Source of the DNA: a bacterium
Lineage (GTDB): Bacteria > Babelota > Babeliae > Babelales > JABCYS01
DNA length: 10,800 nucleotides
Direction of reading: 5' to 3'
NCBI GenBank assembly: GCA_027452085.1
Contig: DAIDHG010000032.1
Coordinates: 1 to 10,800 of the forward strand
How positions within the stretch are numbered: position 1 is the first letter of the stretch; each line of letters starts with the position of its first letter. The notes beneath the pieces are model-generated. The model made no database searches. It was given only the letters and a program-made list of their open reading frames with translations, and was not told the origin of the DNA. A program made the position numbers and the translations under genes. Shown here piece after piece: positions 7,385 to 10,800 of the stretch.

Positions 7385-7780
7385 ATGTCTATAGATGCAA
7401 TTGGTGATTTTTTGACCATTATTAGAAATGGCGTGATGGTAGCTAAACCTTCAGTTAAGGTGCCGCATTCAAACATGCGTCAACAAATTGCTTCCTTATT
7501 AAAAGATGAAGGTTTTGTGAAATCGGTATCGGTGGATCAAGATGAAGCCGGCAAAAAAGTTATTACCATTAATTTAAAGTATGTGGACGGCGAATCAGCC
7601 ATTCATGAGATTACACGCGTCAGTAAGCCAAGCCGCCGTGAATACACTGGTTCAAAAACAATTAAGCCAGTCATCGGTGGTTTGGGGGTTACCATACTCA
7701 CCACAAGCAACGGCGTAATGACACAAAACAAAGCTAAACAACTCGGCGTGGGCGGCGAAGTTCTCTGCACCGTCTGGTAG
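7385..7780 (+). CDS. rpsH: 30S ribosomal protein S8 (uS8)
   Basis: D.IGDFLT.IRN, LKDEGFV, LKY, RVSKPSRR.Y, GLGV.ILTTS.GVMT, GGEVLC.VW motifs; GAGG upstream. Confidence 0.99.
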   Translation: MSIDAIGDFLTIIRNGVMVAKPSVKVPHSNMRQQIASLLKDEGFVKSVSVDQDEAGKKVITINLKYVDGESAIHEITRVSKPSRREYTGSKTIKPVIGGLGVTILTTSNGVMTQNKAKQLGVGGEVLCTVW

Positions 7781-7789
7781 GAAGGGCGC

Positions 7790-7873
7790 ACCCTTCACCC
7801 GTCCTTCGATACTCCTGAGTGCTGAAAGCGTATCGAAGGATTGCTAGCGCAAAAACACTCAGGATGAGCGGGG
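7790..7873 (+). repeat. REP-like repeat, long form (R5), interrupted by a nested inverted copy
   Basis: ACCCTTCACCCGTCCTTCGATAC ... TTGCTAGCGCAAAAA CACTCAGGATGAGCGGGG; it overlaps and follows the hairpin GAAGGG-CGCA-CCCTTC at 7781-7796. Confidence 0.9.
7813..7840 (-). repeat. Nested inverted repeat copy (R5b)
   Basis: Reverse complement TCCTTCGATAC-GCTTTCAG-CACTCAGGA; both arms are identical to those of the outer copy (7802-7812 and 7856-7864). Confidence 0.9.
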
Positions 7874-7924
7874 CTGTATTTAGGTTGGAAAAACAGAGCG
7901 GAAATTGAGTTTCAGGAAAAGACA

Positions 7925-8476
7925 ATGTCAAAAATCGGCAGAAAACCAATAGACGTAAGCGGCATCGAAGTCAGTGTAACTGGCCATGATGTGCACTACA
8001 AAGGTAAAAAGGGCAGTGGCGTACACAAGCTGCCTGATGGGTTCGAAGTAAAAGTTGAAGACGGCAAGCTGCGCATTGTATTGGCGGCTAACGCTTCAAA
8101 AACGCGCGATAATAATATCCTCTGGGGTATGCATCGTGCAAATCTTGCTAATGAAATTGCTGGCGCAACCAATCCGTTTGAAAAGCAAGTTGTGATTAAC
8201 GGACTCGGTTTTAAAGCTGCTTTGCAAGGCAAGAAAGTTGAATTTACCCTTGGTTATTCTCATAAGCTGCATCTGGATATTCCAGAAGGCGTGACAATTG
8301 AAATCGATAAAACCGGTCAATTGCTCACCGTGCGCAGCCCAAATAAAGAGTTGCTTGGTGCTGTATGCGATCGTATTCGCTCATTCCGCCCGCCTGAACC
8401 ATATAAAGGTACCGGTATTAAATTGGCAACAGAGACAATCATTCGCAAGGCTGGTAAGGCTAAAGCGGCCGCTTAA
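7925..8476 (+). CDS. rplF: 50S ribosomal protein L6 (uL6)
   Basis: MSKIGRKPI, KG.KG, G.GFKA, LGYSH, IRSFRPPEPYKGTGI motifs. Confidence 0.99.
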   Translation: MSKIGRKPIDVSGIEVSVTGHDVHYKGKKGSGVHKLPDGFEVKVEDGKLRIVLAANASKTRDNNILWGMHRANLANEIAGATNPFEKQVVINGLGFKAALQGKKVEFTLGYSHKLHLDIPEGVTIEIDKTGQLLTVRSPNKELLGAVCDRIRSFRPPEPYKGTGIKLATETIIRKAGKAKAAA

Positions 8477-8483
8477 TAATGGC

Positions 8484-8517
8484 CCGCTCGCGCTAATCGA
8501 AGGGTTGTGATGAGCGG
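8484..8517. repeat. Collapsed repeat remnant forming a hairpin (R6)
   Basis: CCGCTCG 8484-8490 and ATCGAAGGG 8496-8504 are inverted-orientation arms, followed by the forward end GATGAGCGG 8509-8517; 7-bp stem CCGCTCG/TGAGCGG with one G-T pair. Confidence 0.7.
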
Positions 8518-8544
8518 ATTAGAATTTTGATTTTAGGATTAGAG

Positions 8545-8898
8545 ATGTCAAACTTGAGAAAAATACAACATGCAGCAGAACGCCGGACAGCGCGCGTTCG
8601 CCACAAATTGCGTTTGGTAAGTGACTTGCCACGTGTTTCAGTGTTTCGCAGTTTAAATCATGTGTATGCCCAGCTTATTGATGATGCAAAAGGGAATACA
8701 TTGTTGAGCTGCTCATCACGTGAATTAAAAAAATCTGGTGACAAAACTTCTATGGCAAAGGCTGTAGGGTTGGAGCTTGCAAAGCGCGCAAAAGCACAAG
8801 GAATTGCTGCTGTGTGTTTTGATCGTGGCGCATACCGTTATCATGGACGAGTGAAAGAATTGTGTGAAGGTCTTCGCGAAGGCGGACTATCTCTATAG
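8545..8898 (+). CDS. rplR: 50S ribosomal protein L18 (uL18)
   Basis: PRVSVFRS..H.YAQLIDD..G.TL, A..VG..LA.RA, FDRG.YRYHGRVK motifs. ATG 8545 follows AGGA 8535-8538 and is preferred over TTG 8527. Confidence 0.98.
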   Translation: MSNLRKIQHAAERRTARVRHKLRLVSDLPRVSVFRSLNHVYAQLIDDAKGNTLLSCSSRELKKSGDKTSMAKAVGLELAKRAKAQGIAAVCFDRGAYRYHGRVKELCEGLREGGLSL

Positions 8899-8903
8899 GA
8901 ATT

Positions 8904-9416
8904 ATGATGGCAGAGAAAACAGAAAAATCATTTGTAGACGCAGTAGTAGACGTCCGTCGTGTGACCAAAGTAACAAAGGGTGGAAAGCAATTTTCATTCT
9001 CAGCACTTGTGGTCAGTGGCGATCGTGAAGGTAATGTGGGTATCGCTTTAGGAAAAGGACGCGAAGTATCAGCAGCGATTGCTAAAGCGACATTGCGTGC
9101 TCGCAAACACCTCATTCCGGTTCAATTACGCGGGACCACAATCCCATACGATGTGAGAGGTCAACACGGTGCCGCTGAGGTGATTATTCGCCCGGCGTTT
9201 AAAGGTACTGGTGTGATTGCTGGTGGCGCTATGCGTGCAATCTTTGAATCTGTAGGAATCAAAGATGTATTGGCTAAATCGCTGCGCTCATCAAATCCGC
9301 AAAACGTAGTTAAGGCCACCTTAAATGCGCTCTCCAAATTACGCTCTGCCGCAGCAATTGCCAAAATCCGTGGGAAGTCGTTAGATCAGATTGTTGCTAA
9401 GAAAATTGCGCAGTAA
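8904..9416 (+). CDS. rpsE: 30S ribosomal protein S5 (uS5)
   Basis: RVTKVTKGGK.FSFSALVV.GD, GK..EV..AI.KA, PA..GTGVIAGG..RA, KSL.S.NP.NVVKAT motifs; start is 8904 or 8907. Confidence 0.99.
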   Translation: MMAEKTEKSFVDAVVDVRRVTKVTKGGKQFSFSALVVSGDREGNVGIALGKGREVSAAIAKATLRARKHLIPVQLRGTTIPYDVRGQHGAAEVIIRPAFKGTGVIAGGAMRAIFESVGIKDVLAKSLRSSNPQNVVKATLNALSKLRSAAAIAKIRGKSLDQIVAKKIAQ

Positions 9417-9442
9417 TCGTTACAGCATAGAAAGTGAATAGC

Positions 9443-9928
9443 ATGTTCCAGCTTAATAAACTTGCACGCATCGTAAAAAAACGTAAACGCGTTGGCCGTG
9501 GTGGTAAACGCGGTGGTACATCAGGACGTGGTCATAAAGGTCAGTTGGCTCGTTCAGGTCCATCATTGCCGCCAGTCTTTGAAGGCGGTCAAATGCAATT
9601 GACTCGTCGTTTGCCAAAACGCGGCTTCAATAACAAGAACTTTGAAACTACCTATCTGACAGTCAATATCAAAGACCTTGAACGCGTGTTTAAGGCTGGT
9701 GATACAGTAAACAACGAATCGTTGGTTGAGCACGGGCTTATCAAGCCATCACGTTCTCGCCGTGAGAAGTTGGTCAAGGTGCTTGGCTCGGGAAAATTGA
9801 GCAAAAAGCTCACCGTCACCGCACATGCGTTTAGTAAGTCGGCAAGCGCGGCAATTGAAGCGCAAGGCGGCACATGGAACCTAGTAACGCCCATCGACGA
9901 GGCTCAGGGTGCTCGGGGACAAAATTAA
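9443..9928 (+). CDS. rplO: 50S ribosomal protein L15 (uL15) with probable repeat-derived C-terminal tail
   Basis: RVGRG, GTSGRGHKGQ.ARSG, FEGGQM.L.RRLPKRGF, VKVLG.G.L, FS.SA..AIEA.GG motifs; ATG 9443 (alternative GTG 9434). Confidence 0.98.
   Translation: MFQLNKLARIVKKRKRVGRGGKRGGTSGRGHKGQLARSGPSLPPVFEGGQMQLTRRLPKRGFNNKNFETTYLTVNIKDLERVFKAGDTVNNESLVEHGLIKPSRSRREKLVKVLGSGKLSKKLTVTAHAFSKSASAAIEAQGGTWNLVTPIDEAQGARGQN
9888..9916 (+). repeat. Repeat copy (R7) in frame in the rplO 3' end
   Basis: CGCCCATCGACGAGGCTCAGGGTGCTCGG aligns to R1 at 21/29 columns with one 1-nt gap, including TCGACGAG and CTCAGG. Confidence 0.75.
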
Positions 9929-9944
9929 AAATTAAGGGGATACA

Positions 9945-10800
9945 GTGATCCATCTCAGTAGTTTCAAAAACATTTTTCTTATACCGGAATTACGTCGTAG
10001 AATTCTATTCACCCTTGGCGTTCTCATAATTGATCGCTTGGGGTTATTGATTCCTGTGGTCGGTGTTGATGTAAATGCGTTAGCATCATACATGCAGCGC
10101 GCGACGCAGTTTGGCGGGCTCATGAACTATCTTGATGTTATTTCAGGTGGTTCTTTAAGCCACGCAACGGTTTTTGCATTAGGTATCGGGCCATACATCT
10201 CAGCGTCAATTATGATGCAACTATTGAGTATGGCGATTCCGGCTCTTGAAGCGAAAGTGAAAGAGGGCGAATATGGCCGACGAGAAATTGCGCAATACAC
10301 GCGCTATCTCACGGTGGGCTTGGCGCTTTTCTGGAGCTTCTTTTATGCATTGGTGCTCGAAAGAAATGATCTGGTGCTCTCACCGGGCTTCGCTTTCCGC
10401 ATCATGTTTATGGTTTCTTTGACTGCCGGTTCGGTATTTGTCATGTGGCTTGGCGAACAAATCACACTCCATGGTATTGGCAATGGTAGCTCAATGCTTA
10501 TCTTTGCTGGTATCGTAGCTCGATTTCCTGGATTCATCCAAAAGACTATACATTTTATCCGTATTGGTTCGGCCGATGCGGTATTATCGATCGTTGTTTT
10601 GCTTTTCTTCATTCTTCTGGCGGCAGCGATTGTCTTCTTGGAAAAGGGCGAGCGAAAGATTCCCGTACAATATGCGCGGCGAGTGGTTGGCAATAAAGTA
10701 TATGGCGGCCAAAGCACCTATATTCCTTTCAAAGTTAACCCGGCCAGTGTTATGCCCGTGATTTTTGCACAAACGGTGCTGATGTTTCCGGTGCAGATTG
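9945..10800 (+). CDS. secY: Preprotein translocase subunit SecY (3' truncated by window; absent from the ORF track)
   Basis: GTG 9945 after AAGGGGA. Manual translation is open to the window end: IPELRRRILFTLG, FALGIGPYISASIMMQLL, MWLGEQIT.HGIGNGSSMLIFAGIV, RKIPVQYA, IPFKVNPASVMPVIFA. Confidence 0.99.
   Translation, partial: MIHLSSFKNIFLIPELRRRILFTLGVLIIDRLGLLIPVVGVDVNALASYMQRATQFGGLMNYLDVISGGSLSHATVFALGIGPYISASIMMQLLSMAIPALEAKVKEGEYGRREIAQYTRYLTVGLALFWSFFYALVLERNDLVLSPGFAFRIMFMVSLTAGSVFVMWLGEQITLHGIGNGSSMLIFAGIVARFPGFIQKTIHFIRIGSADAVLSIVVLLFFILLAAAIVFLEKGERKIPVQYARRVVGNKVYGGQSTYIPFKVNPASVMPVIFAQTVLMFPVQI

Noticed and set aside
7781..7796. Hairpin GAAGGG-CGCA-CCCTTC (and the R6 stem) as intrinsic terminators
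   Set aside because: There is no adjacent U-tract on either strand and they lie mid-operon.
8463..8474. Perfect 12-bp palindrome AAGCGGCCGCTT (NotI site)
   Set aside because: It is a single occurrence that arises from the Lys-Ala-Ala-stop codons at the end of rplF.
3142..8517. CRISPR array interpretation of the repeats
   Set aside because: The copies are dispersed, divergent, in both orientations and separated by whole genes; there are no regular spacers or cas genes.
9754..9768. Small hairpin TTCTC-GCCGT-GAGAA in a variable loop of rplO
   Set aside because: A 5-bp stem is expected by chance and it has no similarity to the repeat arms.
176..10772. Numerous minus-strand and alternate-frame ORFs in the ORF track
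   Set aside because: All overlap well-conserved ribosomal genes, tuf or secY and show no recognisable motifs; they are shadow ORFs.

Overview
This window is the core S10-spc ribosomal protein superoperon, entirely on the + strand: 3' end of tuf, rpsJ, rplC, rplD, rplW, rplB, rpsS, rplV, rpsC, rplP, rpmC, rpsQ, rplN, rplX, rplE, rpsN (short Zn-ribbon type), rpsH, rplF, rplR, rpsE, rplO and the 5' part of secY. rpmD (uL30) is missing from its usual place; this and the divergent proteins suggest a Dependentiae/TM6-like bacterium (inference). The unusual signal is a REP-like palindromic repeat family, approximately YCCYTCGA(TAC)-[variable hairpin]-(CA)CTCRGGAYGAGCGG. It occupies all five spacers longer than 30 nt, occurs in both orientations, shows a compensatory stem change, carries different loop inserts, and in one case holds an inverted copy nested inside a forward copy. 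Degenerate copies appear to be translated in the C-terminal tails of uL15 (PIDEAQG) and uS3 (RPSSGAGRPEP). No transposase or nuclease gene is present in the window. All alignments were done by eye; no database searches were run.
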